64,000 nucleotides of DNA from Candidatus Poribacteria bacterium (lineage in GTDB: Bacteria > Poribacteria > WGA-4E > PCPOR2b), in the NCBI GenBank assembly GCA_965208325.1, contig OZ242326.1, positions 3,936,001 to 4,000,000 of the forward strand, read 5' to 3'. The position numbers and the translations under genes were made by a program. Below the pieces are notes generated by a model. That model did not search any database and was not told the origin of the DNA. It was given only the letters and a program-made list of their open reading frames with translations. Positions 1-10,700 of this stretch are shown in pieces; position 1 is the stretch's first letter; every line of letters begins with the position of its first letter.

Positions 1-336
1 GGTAGGTTGATGTCATCAGCATTCATTGGCACTGGCGTGGTTGTTTTTGGCGTGAAGGAAATTGTTCGCCGTAAACGCCCACTAGATAATCGACTTGGAA
101 ATCCTGCCTTTCCATCGGGGCATACGGCTTATGCATTTGCCGCCGCAACTGTTCTGAGCAATCGATATCCCAAACTCCGAATTCCATTCTACATCGGTGC
201 TGGATTGGTAGGCCTTTCTCGCATTTATTTGGGGAGACATTATGCATCGGATGTGTTTGGCGGTGCTGCCGTTGGGACAGTTGCGGGCGTGCTAATCATG
301 CATCATCGCGCGACTTTGTTAAAGTGGGAGTTCTAA
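1..336 (+). CDS. PAP2 family phosphatase (5' partial)
   Basis: Motifs K..VRRKRP, FPSGH and SRIYLGRHYASDV; frame is open to the window edge. Confidence 0.9.
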   Translation, partial: GRLMSSAFIGTGVVVFGVKEIVRRKRPLDNRLGNPAFPSGHTAYAFAAATVLSNRYPKLRIPFYIGAGLVGLSRIYLGRHYASDVFGGAAVGTVAGVLIMHHRATLLKWEF

Positions 337-540
337 CCCAAAGCAGGTTAATTGCCTTTCGATTGACAACTGGCAGCAATTGTGCTAGATTGACGCTACA
401 AAGATGAGAAGCTTCATTTTAATAAACAGTACAAAAAAATCGTAAACCTCCCCAAGTTGTAACTCGTTTAGAGAAAATGTCCTGTTCCCAATTGCTTTCC
501 TAACGGTATTTTCATTTTTTGGCAAATTAATTAACGCCTT

Positions 541-1122
541 ATGGACACAATGGTTGAAGATGAAATATTGGTTGCACACTTTCAAGCTGGTGGGCAAGAT
601 GCATTCGATGAACTAATGAAGCGGTACAAGCACAAAATCTTCTCCTATTTGCTCAGGTCTGTCAAGAATTTTGAAGATGCTGAAGAATTGACCATAGAGG
701 TGTTTGTCAAGGTTTACCGTGCGCTTGAAGACTGGCGTCCTCAAGCGCGTTTTTCGACTTGGCTTTATCGAATCGCCTATAACCTGTCAATCGATCACCA
801 CCGCTCAAAATCGCGGCGAATGACATACTCACTTGATGACGAAGAACTTCCGCTTGACGAACCAATGGCGAACGATTTGAGAAGCAACCCCGAATGGCAA
901 GTTGAAGAAAAAGATCGGCATCGAATTATTCGTGACGCAGTAGATCGGCTTTCGCCAAACCAGAAAGCGGTCTTTATGTTGAATCGATATGACGGTTTGC
1001 AACTCAATGAAATTGCTGAAGTGCTTGGTATAGCGGAAGGCACGGTAAAAATTCACCTCCATCGGGCAATGAAAAAGCTAAAAACAACACTAGAACCGTT
1101 GTGGGAAAAGAATGAAATTTAA
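541..1122 (+). CDS. ECF RNA polymerase sigma factor (SigW/RpoE-like)
   Basis: Region 2 DAEEL..EVFVKVY, FSTWLYRIAYN; region 4 EIAEVLGIAEGTVKIHLHRA. Confidence 0.95.
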   Translation: MDTMVEDEILVAHFQAGGQDAFDELMKRYKHKIFSYLLRSVKNFEDAEELTIEVFVKVYRALEDWRPQARFSTWLYRIAYNLSIDHHRSKSRRMTYSLDDEELPLDEPMANDLRSNPEWQVEEKDRHRIIRDAVDRLSPNQKAVFMLNRYDGLQLNEIAEVLGIAEGTVKIHLHRAMKKLKTTLEPLWEKNEI

Positions 1123-1139
1123 TCTAAGGAGCTTGTTTC

Positions 1140-1760
1140 ATGAAAACGTGTAAACAACTGAAGGAATTACACACCGAATATATTTGTGACCTCCTCGATG
1201 ATGAACGAATGAATCTCATGGAGGAACATCTACAACATTGCCCTTCATGCGTACACGCGGTTGGCGCATTGAAAAATGTTCTGTGTCTGACTGGCGAAGC
1301 AGGTACGATATCAATTCCGGAGCCTATCCTTAATAATCTTGAGGTAAAGGTATACAAACGCCTTGTGATAGAATCATCGCAATCCGCACCGGTATCTTTC
1401 TTGTCTCGGATCTTCGGCGTAATTCGTTCTACAGGGAATTGGCGAATCGCGGCTGCTTGCTGTATACTGATTTTAAGTGTCCCTGTCGCTAGTATTGTCT
1501 ATTACCAAAGTCGGTCGGTGGTTGCACCCCTAAGTTCGAATGACATTCAATCCCCGCATGAACGGGTCGAACAATATAAACGACAACAGTATCAAGCTGA
1601 CTTGGATAATGCGTTGGAGACCGTGTATCTGAGAGACGATGATTGGGCTTCGGTTGGAGCGTTTCAAAAAATGAAAGAACAGGGGAAGGGTCATCTTTGG
1701 GAATCGTTCCCGGACGAACGGCTTCATCCTAGAGGCCTAGCCCCAAACGGCGGAATTTAA
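1140..1760 (+). CDS. zinc-binding (ZAS) transmembrane anti-sigma factor
   Basis: HLQHCPSC (HxxxCxxC), one TM helix, directly downstream of the ECF sigma. Confidence 0.85.
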   Translation: MKTCKQLKELHTEYICDLLDDERMNLMEEHLQHCPSCVHAVGALKNVLCLTGEAGTISIPEPILNNLEVKVYKRLVIESSQSAPVSFLSRIFGVIRSTGNWRIAAACCILILSVPVASIVYYQSRSVVAPLSSNDIQSPHERVEQYKRQQYQADLDNALETVYLRDDDWASVGAFQKMKEQGKGHLWESFPDERLHPRGLAPNGGI

Positions 1761-1872
1761 TACCTAGATCTGGTGCCGCTGACCTCTTTTGACAGTGCGT
1801 AGATTGGCGTCAGAATTTCTGCATCTTCGCCTGTGCCCCTATCGAATGTAATAAAACTACTGGGCAGTATCA

Positions 1873-3912
1873 ATGATTTTCTCAACCAAAATGGAATCGA
1901 ACGGAATAGTTGGCACCGCAAATAAAGTAGGCCGCCGCGCTTTGAATTTCACGCAGTACGCCTTACGCCTGAAGTTGCTGGTTTGCGCCGTTTTGGCGAG
2001 CGTTATAGTCCTGAAGACGACTCAATTACACGCCAATACAATCGTTTCACTTATTGAAGCGAAGGAATACGAAGAAGCCGCTGAAGCGCTTCAAAATCTC
2101 GCCGAATCCACGAAAAACGTGGAAAAACTTGGCGACATTTTCTATCGGTTGGGTGAGATTTATTACACTTATACTCATGAATATTTGAAAGCACTAGGGG
2201 CTTACGACAAGGTTGTTCAGCTCAGTGAAAAAGGGCTGGATGATCAGTTCCTTAGCTACATTAAGAAAGGAGATGTGTATTGTCGCTTGGGTGAATACGG
2301 GGACGCAATTTCGACATATCAGATTGTTGTCAATCAATCAATGCCGAACAATTTTGCCCATCAAACAGCTTTACAGAAGATAAGAAACATTCGGTCGGCG
2401 CGTGAGGACTTACAAAATCAACGTCGCGTAATCAGCGTTTATGAGGGAACACCTCTGGCTGTCGAAGCTCGGTTTCAAATCGCGGAACTGTATCGCAACC
2501 TATATCAACTGAACCAGCCAGAAAAAGCGATTTCCGAGTATAAAACCATGCTTAAGCGACATGGGGACACAAAACTTTCCCCTGAGGCACAGTGGCGTAT
2601 CGGAAAATTGCTGAATGATGTACTGAATCAACCGGAAAAAGCAATTGAGGCGTATAATAAAGTGGTTGAAAACTACCCATCAAGCAACTTTGCGGCGGAT
2701 GCTCTCTTTCGAACCGCGTTAATCCATAATGAACAAAAGCAGTATGAACACGCCGTGCAGGTTTTTGGACAACTTGAGAAGAGGTATCTCGATTATTGGA
2801 ATATGCATGCCGTCTACTATTGGATGGGGGTTGGTTATGAAAATTTACAAAATTACCGTCGTTCAATTCATGCCTATAGAACCTTTCTGCTTGCTTACTT
2901 GCCGAATTTGGATTCTGCCCACTTTGGAGCTATTGGCAAATACAATCAAAACGCCTCGAAAATCGAAGCAGAATTGAAAGCGAAGATCCGGCAACTTGAA
3001 TCCGATCTACCCAAAATCGAGTGGGCCAAGATTGAGAAGTATCTTGCGGAAGAGAATTACATATCCGCACTGCGCTTAGTACGACAACTAATCGCCGATG
3101 CACCCGATGCGGCATACTTACAACGTGCACAGTCGAAACTGCGGTCGATTCAAAAACAAGCAGCCATCCAGCAATTACGGATGCAGATGCGGAAGAATCT
3201 TGGCTCAGCTACAGTTGCTCAGACTCTATTTCGGATTGGCAAAATCCACGAACGTGGACTACAAGACTACGAAAAGGCAATCATCGCATATCGTCAGTTA
3301 ATTGATGAACATCCAGACTCGCCTTGGGCTGCTGAAGCGATGTATCGAAGCGGTTTAATTTATGCCAACCAGCTTGACGACCTCCAGAATGCAATCGGGC
3401 ACTACACAACCCTGATTCGACAATACCAGACTTCGACACATACGATTATGGCAAATTTTCAGCTTGGAAAAATCTATCATTCGCTCAACCAATACGATAA
3501 GGCTTTGAAAGCTTACCAGACAACCATCGCTTTCCCCGAGCAAGACCGGTACCTTGCCAATGGCTATAAAGATAGTTTTGCTGATAGTGCTCAGTTTCGA
3601 ATTGGACGAGTGCATTACGAAGATGGACGTTATGATGACGCTGTCTCAGCTTTCAACGAATTTATTGCGAGCCGCTTGCAGTCCCCCCGTCGTGCGGCTG
3701 CATACGTTTATCTCGCGCGTATCAGTGAAGATCGTGGATTGCCTGGCGAGGCCGTTGAAACTTATAAACAGGCGAGGAGCCTGATAATCGAGAATTCAAT
3801 CCAGGCGAAAATGGTAATTGACGAAGCCAATAATCTTGGATTTCAGGGAACGGATACAAAGGCTGTCATCAAACGCCTTGACAATCTCAGTAATCGGTTG
3901 GGTAGAAAATAG
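1873..3912 (+). CDS. tetratricopeptide repeat protein, probably exported
   Basis: Many TPR units (AQWRIG, ALFRTA, AQFRIG, YPxS..A..A); N-terminal hydrophobic segment; start uncertain. Confidence 0.85.
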   Translation: MIFSTKMESNGIVGTANKVGRRALNFTQYALRLKLLVCAVLASVIVLKTTQLHANTIVSLIEAKEYEEAAEALQNLAESTKNVEKLGDIFYRLGEIYYTYTHEYLKALGAYDKVVQLSEKGLDDQFLSYIKKGDVYCRLGEYGDAISTYQIVVNQSMPNNFAHQTALQKIRNIRSAREDLQNQRRVISVYEGTPLAVEARFQIAELYRNLYQLNQPEKAISEYKTMLKRHGDTKLSPEAQWRIGKLLNDVLNQPEKAIEAYNKVVENYPSSNFAADALFRTALIHNEQKQYEHAVQVFGQLEKRYLDYWNMHAVYYWMGVGYENLQNYRRSIHAYRTFLLAYLPNLDSAHFGAIGKYNQNASKIEAELKAKIRQLESDLPKIEWAKIEKYLAEENYISALRLVRQLIADAPDAAYLQRAQSKLRSIQKQAAIQQLRMQMRKNLGSATVAQTLFRIGKIHERGLQDYEKAIIAYRQLIDEHPDSPWAAEAMYRSGLIYANQLDDLQNAIGHYTTLIRQYQTSTHTIMANFQLGKIYHSLNQYDKALKAYQTTIAFPEQDRYLANGYKDSFADSAQFRIGRVHYEDGRYDDAVSAFNEFIASRLQSPRRAAAYVYLARISEDRGLPGEAVETYKQARSLIIENSIQAKMVIDEANNLGFQGTDTKAVIKRLDNLSNRLGRK

Positions 3913-3959
3913 GCGAGTAAAAAAAATTATTGTGATTTTAGTTCTTACGAGGAGGTACG

Positions 3960-4328
3960 ATGCCATTAACAGTTATTCGAACAGCACGCCCAAGTCCTGT
4001 TTGGCAGGAAACTTATGTTAATGTAGAAAAAGGACAGCGTTTAGTCATTGATGCCGAAGGCGCATGGTCGCCAGATTTACGGGATCGCATCGGCTGGTGT
4101 GGTGCTGATGGGGTTGCAAATACCATCGCAGGAGAAGACTATCTTTGTCCAGGCACCAACGTTGGCGCATTGATTGCAAAGATTGGTGACGTTGTTTTTA
4201 CCGTTGGTTCGCGCTACGACAATGACGCTCCGGCTGAAGGAGTAATTTTTCTGGCGATGAACGAGAGTCCGTCGCATAACAACCAAGCAGGTACGCTGCT
4301 AGCACAACTTGTCGTTTTTGACGAGTAA
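3960..4328 (+). CDS. LecA/PA-IL-like lectin domain protein
   Basis: 122 aa; GALIAKIG and IFLAMNE..SHNNQAG resemble PA-IL GALVMKIG and ITLIYND..YGNNSG; strong GAGGAGG RBS. Confidence 0.65.
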   Translation: MPLTVIRTARPSPVWQETYVNVEKGQRLVIDAEGAWSPDLRDRIGWCGADGVANTIAGEDYLCPGTNVGALIAKIGDVVFTVGSRYDNDAPAEGVIFLAMNESPSHNNQAGTLLAQLVVFDE

Positions 4329-4469
4329 AAACAATCTGCATCCAAGATTCGTTGGCAACTCTTAATCATGTCGCAAGCGAAAAGTTCGATAAAATTATGT
4401 CTTTCTAACATTCTTAGATTTGATGACCGTAAAACGTTCAGTATCTGATGTAGATTAGAGAAGCCGCCG

Positions 4470-5297
4470 ATGCCTTTTTTTAATAACGATGGGCTGAATT
4501 TTCATTACCGTGACATAGGAGAAGGGGTACCCTTCTTTTTCCAGCATGGACTCGGTGGTGATGTCAACCAACCTACTGGACTTTTCAAACCCCGTACAGG
4601 ATTCCGATTGCTGTCTTTCGACTGTCGCGGACACGGAGAAACGCGTCCACTAGGCAATGTGGAGAAAATCAGAATTGCTGTTTTTGCTGATGATTTAGCT
4701 GCACTCATGGATAGTCTGAGCATATCTCGTGCTGTAATTGGCGGCATCTCAATGGGAGCTGCCGTCGCGCTCAACTTCACGCTTCGGTATTCGAAGCGTG
4801 TGCTTGGCTTAATCCTATCTCGTCCGGCCTGGCTGATTGGTCCCATGCTGCGAAATGCAGAAATCTATTTGCATATCGCACAATTGATTCGCCAACACGG
4901 CCAGGAGCGTGGTTTGGAACTTTTCAAGCAATCTGAATACTACATTGAAACACTGCGCCAATCTCCAGCCGCCGCTAATTCGCTGATAGGGCAGTTTGAA
5001 ACATTACGCGCGTCGGAAACTGTGGCGAGGCTTGAAGGCATTTCAAGCGACGCACCGGTTTATGACCTACGGGAATTGGCAGCAATCGCGGTTCCTACGC
5101 TGGTGCTCGCCAACCGACGGGATCCTATCCATCCCTTCGACTATGGTGAGGTTTTGGCGCGAGAGATTCCGAAAGCTGAGTTCAAGGAATTAACGTCGAA
5201 ATCTGTAAGCCAGGAACGACACGAAGCAGAAATCCAGAAATTTATTGAGTCGTTTTTGTGCGGCCACTTTTGCCGCGCAAGGAGCGCAACATGCTAA
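4470..5297 (+). CDS. alpha/beta hydrolase
   Basis: QHGLGG, DCRGHGET, nucleophile elbow GISMG. Confidence 0.9.
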   Translation: MPFFNNDGLNFHYRDIGEGVPFFFQHGLGGDVNQPTGLFKPRTGFRLLSFDCRGHGETRPLGNVEKIRIAVFADDLAALMDSLSISRAVIGGISMGAAVALNFTLRYSKRVLGLILSRPAWLIGPMLRNAEIYLHIAQLIRQHGQERGLELFKQSEYYIETLRQSPAAANSLIGQFETLRASETVARLEGISSDAPVYDLRELAAIAVPTLVLANRRDPIHPFDYGEVLAREIPKAEFKELTSKSVSQERHEAEIQKFIESFLCGHFCRARSATC

Positions 5298-5932
5298 AAT
5301 GTTCTACATCTCTCTGGTCGGCCGATTTGGCAAATCTAGCGTCGGAGATTAAACGTATTGAACCATTCTCGGAGCGTTTTCACCTAGATGTGGCTGACGG
5401 GCATTATGTAAAAAACCTGCTGTTCTTCCCAGACATGGTCAAGGCTTTGCGGAAGCATACCAATCTCCCGTTTGAAGTGCATTTAATGACCACTGACCCC
5501 ATAGGATGGATTGAACCTTTCGTTGAAGCGGGTGCGGACAGCATTATTTTCTGTTTAGACGCTCCTAGCAATCCGGGCAAAGTACTTGAAACCATTAAAT
5601 CTTGCGGTAAAGAGGCGGGGATTTCGCTGCTCATCACGGAGTCCGTCGATTTGCTTGAACCTTATTGGGATGACTTAGACCTCGTCACTATTGTCGGTAC
5701 CGCTATGGGAATTAAAGGTGCATCAATGGATGCCTCAATCCCAGGTAAAATTCGACGGTGCAGAGAAATCGCTGCTAAGCGTGGGGGAAAGATTAAAATT
5801 GAAGCCGACGGCGGGATTCGGCGCGAGACGGTACCCTTGATTCATGCCGCTGGTGCGGACTATATCGTTCCGGGTTCGCTGATGTTCGGTGGAGATCCGC
5901 ACGAGATGCGCCAATGGCTCGCTGCGATGTGA
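5291..5932 (+). CDS. rpe: ribulose-phosphate 3-epimerase family protein
   Basis: HLDVADGHYV, EVHLM, IEADGGI, GAD..V.GS; ATG overlaps the upstream stop. Confidence 0.88.
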   Translation: MLKCSTSLWSADLANLASEIKRIEPFSERFHLDVADGHYVKNLLFFPDMVKALRKHTNLPFEVHLMTTDPIGWIEPFVEAGADSIIFCLDAPSNPGKVLETIKSCGKEAGISLLITESVDLLEPYWDDLDLVTIVGTAMGIKGASMDASIPGKIRRCREIAAKRGGKIKIEADGGIRRETVPLIHAAGADYIVPGSLMFGGDPHEMRQWLAAM

Positions 5933-5971
5933 AAGATTGACTTCATTGTAATTCTGGTTTACTAGCTCAGA

Positions 5972-7477
5972 TTATTGAATTACCTCAATCTCAAGTTGAT
6001 TCAACGTTCGCATAACCCCTTCACCGAATTCAATCAGGGAGTTTGATTCTATTTGACCGCCTGTGAGTTGAATACGATTCGCATCGGCTTGAATCTGTCC
6101 GAGTGTCGGTTCCATCGCAACCCATTCACCTACATACAACTCTGGCCAAAAATGGTAGTAGAAGGCATCTCGCTGGAATACAAGCCCCATACACGCTCTG
6201 GCCGGAATATCAACCGAACGCGCCAACGCGATTAACAAAACTGTGTGCTCCGTGCAATCTCCTTCCAGTGATTCTAGGGTCTGCAATGCCGATCCAAATC
6301 CAATTCTGAGGTTCTTGTCGTAAATATTGGTGTGCACCCAGCGGCACAGTTTTTTAGATGCTTTCCAAGCATCAATTTCTCCATTTATAATCTCGATCGC
6401 TTTTGCTTTAAGTGTTGGCTGATTGGCTTGAATGTATACCGTAGACTTTAGGAATTCTTCAAGGTCTTGATTCGCATCGGCTTGAATCGGTAGGTTTAGC
6501 ACTTTTGAAGGATTAACGGCAGGCACTTCGATTTCCACGGTTCCGCTGTCCGGGTGTTCATCAAGGTGGAGTTTCTGACGGCCGTTTTTTACGATTACTT
6601 CGTCCAAGTTTCCACCATTGAGTCGCAACCGCGCCTTAAAATTTCGGGCATTTTGAATCGGCTGTATGCCCCGAGAGAAAATCTTCGTATTGATGATGAC
6701 GTCTAGTTCACCGTGTTTGCCGAGCGCTGTCTCCATGTCTACTTTCGATAGAACTATCTTCATTCCCGGTATGCCGGTTTCCATACGATACGTTGTACCG
6801 TCGTGTCCTAACCAGGCAGTCGCTCTAAAGCCTCCGAAAATGTCCATCAAGTAATCAATGACAATGGCGGGCTTAGATTCTCCTCCAAATTCGACCGTAT
6901 CCTCCCGAACAACATCGACTTGGGTCTCCACGGGTCGCATAAGTTCCGTATTGAACACAGACAATGTGTATTCATCCCCGACGCTGATGCCCCGTTGAAG
7001 CATCAAATAACCGAGCGTTTCCTCAAAAATAGTATCGGGCGGAATTAAATTCTGTGACTGCGTTGTTTCTCCGGCGAGAGTGGTTTTCAAGTAGATGCTG
7101 CCATCTTTAATTTCGCCTTCAACACGTTTTTCATGTCCGGATTCCTTTGAAGTCGAAATGAAGTACCGCGGAACGAAATCCATACCTACATAGTGAATTT
7201 TTGTCGTTTCCAGCCGTAGCCCCGTGCCGGAACGTTTAAACTCCATCATTACATCCATGCGAGTGCGAATGGCTTCCTCGCCCTGATACTGTGATTTTTC
7301 AGTGTAGATGTGAGCATACCCAATCTTTTCGCCCATCACCGTCAAGGTTAACCAATCCTCTTGAGGTAACTGTACCATTTTTTCTAGCTCCATCGGGTCA
7401 ATCTTTACGACTTTCCCTTCGCTAAATTGAACAAATAGAACAAGCAGAAAGCAGTTGAGCAAACCAATTGACCTCAT
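5972..7477 (-). CDS. secreted transglutaminase-like domain protein
   Basis: Signal peptide; GDCTEH catalytic Cys, YHFWPE, W..MEPT. Confidence 0.85.
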   Translation of the reverse strand: MRSIGLLNCFLLVLFVQFSEGKVVKIDPMELEKMVQLPQEDWLTLTVMGEKIGYAHIYTEKSQYQGEEAIRTRMDVMMEFKRSGTGLRLETTKIHYVGMDFVPRYFISTSKESGHEKRVEGEIKDGSIYLKTTLAGETTQSQNLIPPDTIFEETLGYLMLQRGISVGDEYTLSVFNTELMRPVETQVDVVREDTVEFGGESKPAIVIDYLMDIFGGFRATAWLGHDGTTYRMETGIPGMKIVLSKVDMETALGKHGELDVIINTKIFSRGIQPIQNARNFKARLRLNGGNLDEVIVKNGRQKLHLDEHPDSGTVEIEVPAVNPSKVLNLPIQADANQDLEEFLKSTVYIQANQPTLKAKAIEIINGEIDAWKASKKLCRWVHTNIYDKNLRIGFGSALQTLESLEGDCTEHTVLLIALARSVDIPARACMGLVFQRDAFYYHFWPELYVGEWVAMEPTLGQIQADANRIQLTGGQIESNSLIEFGEGVMRTLNQLEIEVIQ

Positions 7478-7718
7478 TGCGCTACCAATCTTTTTTTCGG
7501 GTTGAAGAGTGCACGGGTGGCTTACGCATTAGCGAAAATGGGAGTGTTAACCAATTTCCAACCATGAAAGCAAATTTTTCGTCGGCAACGACGTTGAATA
7601 TTCTTCAATTTCGCTAAGCTGTAGAATAGGATACCTTGTGAAAGGAAAGTTCAACAACGATGAAGAACTGCATAGAATTGGGTATATCTAGAAAGTGCAG
7701 AAAACTACCAAAAGACAG

Positions 7719-7756
7719 AAAAAGCGGATGGCGACTAAACGATTTCGGTTGCCATC
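7719..7756 (-). terminator. putative intrinsic terminator of rpoBC
   Basis: Stem GATGGCGAC/GTTGCCATC followed by a U-rich tract on the minus strand, just after the rpoC stop. Confidence 0.55.
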
Positions 7757-7772
7757 ATGATTTTACCAAAAT

Positions 7773-10700
7773 TCAGTCCGCGGCCTGTTCATCAAGGGAC
7801 AGTATCGGCAACTCGGTTTTCGGCATAGGAGATTCGGGTTCTGTTCGCGGTAAAATCTCGATTTTCCTGAATTGCGATACGCCTGTTCCCGCTGGGATTA
7901 AACGCCCCATGATTACATTTTCCTTCAGTCCCTTGAGATAATCCCGTTTCCCTACAACAGTAGCTTTTGTCAGCACATTCGTAGTCTGCTGAAACGATGC
8001 GGCGGAAATGAAACTTTCTGTACTTAACGCCGCTTTAGTAATTCCTTGTAGAATTGGCTCCGCCATCGCCGGTTGCCCGCCTTCACTTATGGCGTGGCGA
8101 TTGACTCGGTTAAACGTTGAACGATCCACCTCGTCATCCTCAAGGAATTCCGTACTCCCAGGCGACGTAATCCGCACCTTATTCAGCATCCGGCGAATAA
8201 TGACCTCAATATGTTTATCATTTATCCGTTCCCCTTGTGTGCGGTAAACTTCCTGCACCTCATTCACCAAATAGGACTGAACAGCTTCTTCGCCTTTGAC
8301 CTCTAAAATGTCATGGGGGTTAATCGGACCGTCTGTCACGCGTTCCCCGGCTTCAACTAAATCCCCATCGTGTACGATTAGGTGTTTTCCCATCGGAATG
8401 CGGTAAGGCCTGCTTGATACATCGGTATGCACAATCCGTAACTGCCGCATTCCACGGTTGATGCCTTCCAACTTCACATGCCCCTCGATTTCGGCGATTA
8501 TTGCTGCATCCCTAGGGCGACGGGCTTCAAAGAGTTCGGTTACGCGAGGGAGACCGGTGACAATGTCTCGACTTTTTGCTGTTTCCCGTGGAAGCCGCGC
8601 CAAAACGGTGCCAGGAGTGACCATTTCCTCATCAGTCACGGAGAGGTGGGCTCCAGTTGGCATAAGGTAACTGGCCAAAAGTTCCTCATTGTCAGAATAG
8701 ATTTCGATTCGTGGTTGATCCTCTCCCTTATATTCGATGATCACCCGTTCTGCCAATCCAGTAGCTTTATCTTCCCGCATGGTCCTGCCTTCAACAATAT
8801 CTTGGAACACTGCTTTCCCTTGATATTCTGTCAGAATTGGCACTCGATACGGATCCCATTCAAGAAGAAGTGATGGTGTCTGCTCCTCGGCATGCGGGTC
8901 GCCTTTGGTCACCCTCTGTCCTTCATCGACACATAGTCGAGCACCAATTTGCGCATCGTGCCGCTCAATCACCCGTCCATTTTCATCAACAATACGTAGT
9001 TGAGCGTTTCGAGAAAGCACAATCTTTTCAATTTCCGGCGGGCCTTTGGTTGTTGATTTGTCCAAAGAGGTATCATCAACCTGAACCGGATGTTCAACAA
9101 ATCTGACACTGTGGTACTTGACCACACCGTCATGCCGCGCTTCAATTCGGGATTGGAATCCTCCACCGCTTACAGTTCCACCGGTATGAAACGTCCGCAT
9201 CGTCAACTGGGTTCCGGGCTCGCCGATTGACTGCGCAGCAATAATGCCAATTGCTTCCCCGATATCAACCAACTGCCCTGTTGTCAAGTCTGTACCATAG
9301 CAGAGCGCACACACGCCATGCGCAGCCTCACAAGTAAGTGCTGACCGAATGCGGAGGCTTGTTACGCCGACTGCTTCAATCTGCTCCGCGATTTGACGGC
9401 TGATTAGCATATCTCTAGCAATAATGACTTCATTTGTATTTGGATCTGTAATGTCCTCTGCAACCGTTCGGCCAGTAATCCGTTCAGAGAAGGTGTCATC
9501 TTCATCCTCGCTGGCAACCTTGGTAATGCCATTTAATGTTCCGCAGTTCTTTGTGGTAATCATCATATCTTGTGCTACATCCACCAATTTGCGGGTCAGA
9601 TAACCGCTGCTCGCAGTCTTTATCGCCGTGTCTGCCAACCCTTTTCGCGCACCGTGCGTAGAGATAAAGTATTCGAGCACGGACAATCCCTCTCGGAAAG
9701 ACGATTCAATCGGTTGTTCGATGATTTCACCGGAGGGCTTTGTCATTAGTCCTCGCATGCCGCTTATCTGGCGAATTGATTCTTTTCTGGATCGTGCCCC
9801 GGAATCCACCATGATATGAACCGGATTAAATCCCTTTATCTCATCGTCACGTCCCTGTTCTAGTTCTTCAAACAATGCAGTTTCGATGTCATCAATTAGT
9901 TGGTGCCAAACATCGATAACTTTGTTATATCTTTCTCCTGGGCTCATTCCGCCGCTCGCATATTCCTTGTCAATCTCTGTCACTTGTTCTCGCGCTGCTT
10001 GGATAGATTCCTGTTTTTTTGATGGAACAATCAAATCTCCAATGCCAATCGAGATTCCAGCCACAGTCGCATAATGAAATCCGAGCTGTTTGAGTTCATC
10101 AATAAATTCCACGGTACGCCGGTTTCCAAGCTCATCAAAACAACGTGACACTAGACGTGAAAGATCTTTCCCCTGCATTTCCCAATTGATAAACGGGATT
10201 TGGCGTTCAACTTTGGGATTGGTGAACATCAGGTCGTTTGGAATTATTTGGTTAAAGATTACCCGACCCACTGTTGTCTCAACCGGCGGTATCGCATCAT
10301 CAATGTGGAGCAGTACCGGGTCATGCAGACCCAAAATCCCGCACTCATGGGCAATAATCACTTCCTGTTGATTCTGATAGTGCCGTGGTATTGCAATCTG
10401 ACAAGAGTTTTCCCGATTTGCTTGAGGAATAGATTTCGTGAGGAAACTACAACCGAGTACAACATCAAGATTCGGCACTGCCGTGGCCTCACCGTGAGCG
10501 GGCTTCAAGATGTTTCGAGTAGCCATCATGAGTAACTTCGATTCAACCTGTGCTTCAACACTCAAAGGCACATGCACCGCCATCTGGTCTCCATCAAAGT
10601 CAGCGTTGAAGGCAGTGCAAACCAGCGGGTTGATTCGGATTGCCTTGCCTTCAACCAATGAGGGTTGAAACGCCTGAATCCCAAGGCGGTGGAGTGTCGG

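Noticed and set aside
455..495. TGTAAC-led candidate ECF autoregulatory promoter
   Set aside because: No convincing -10 element by eye; needs comparative alignment.
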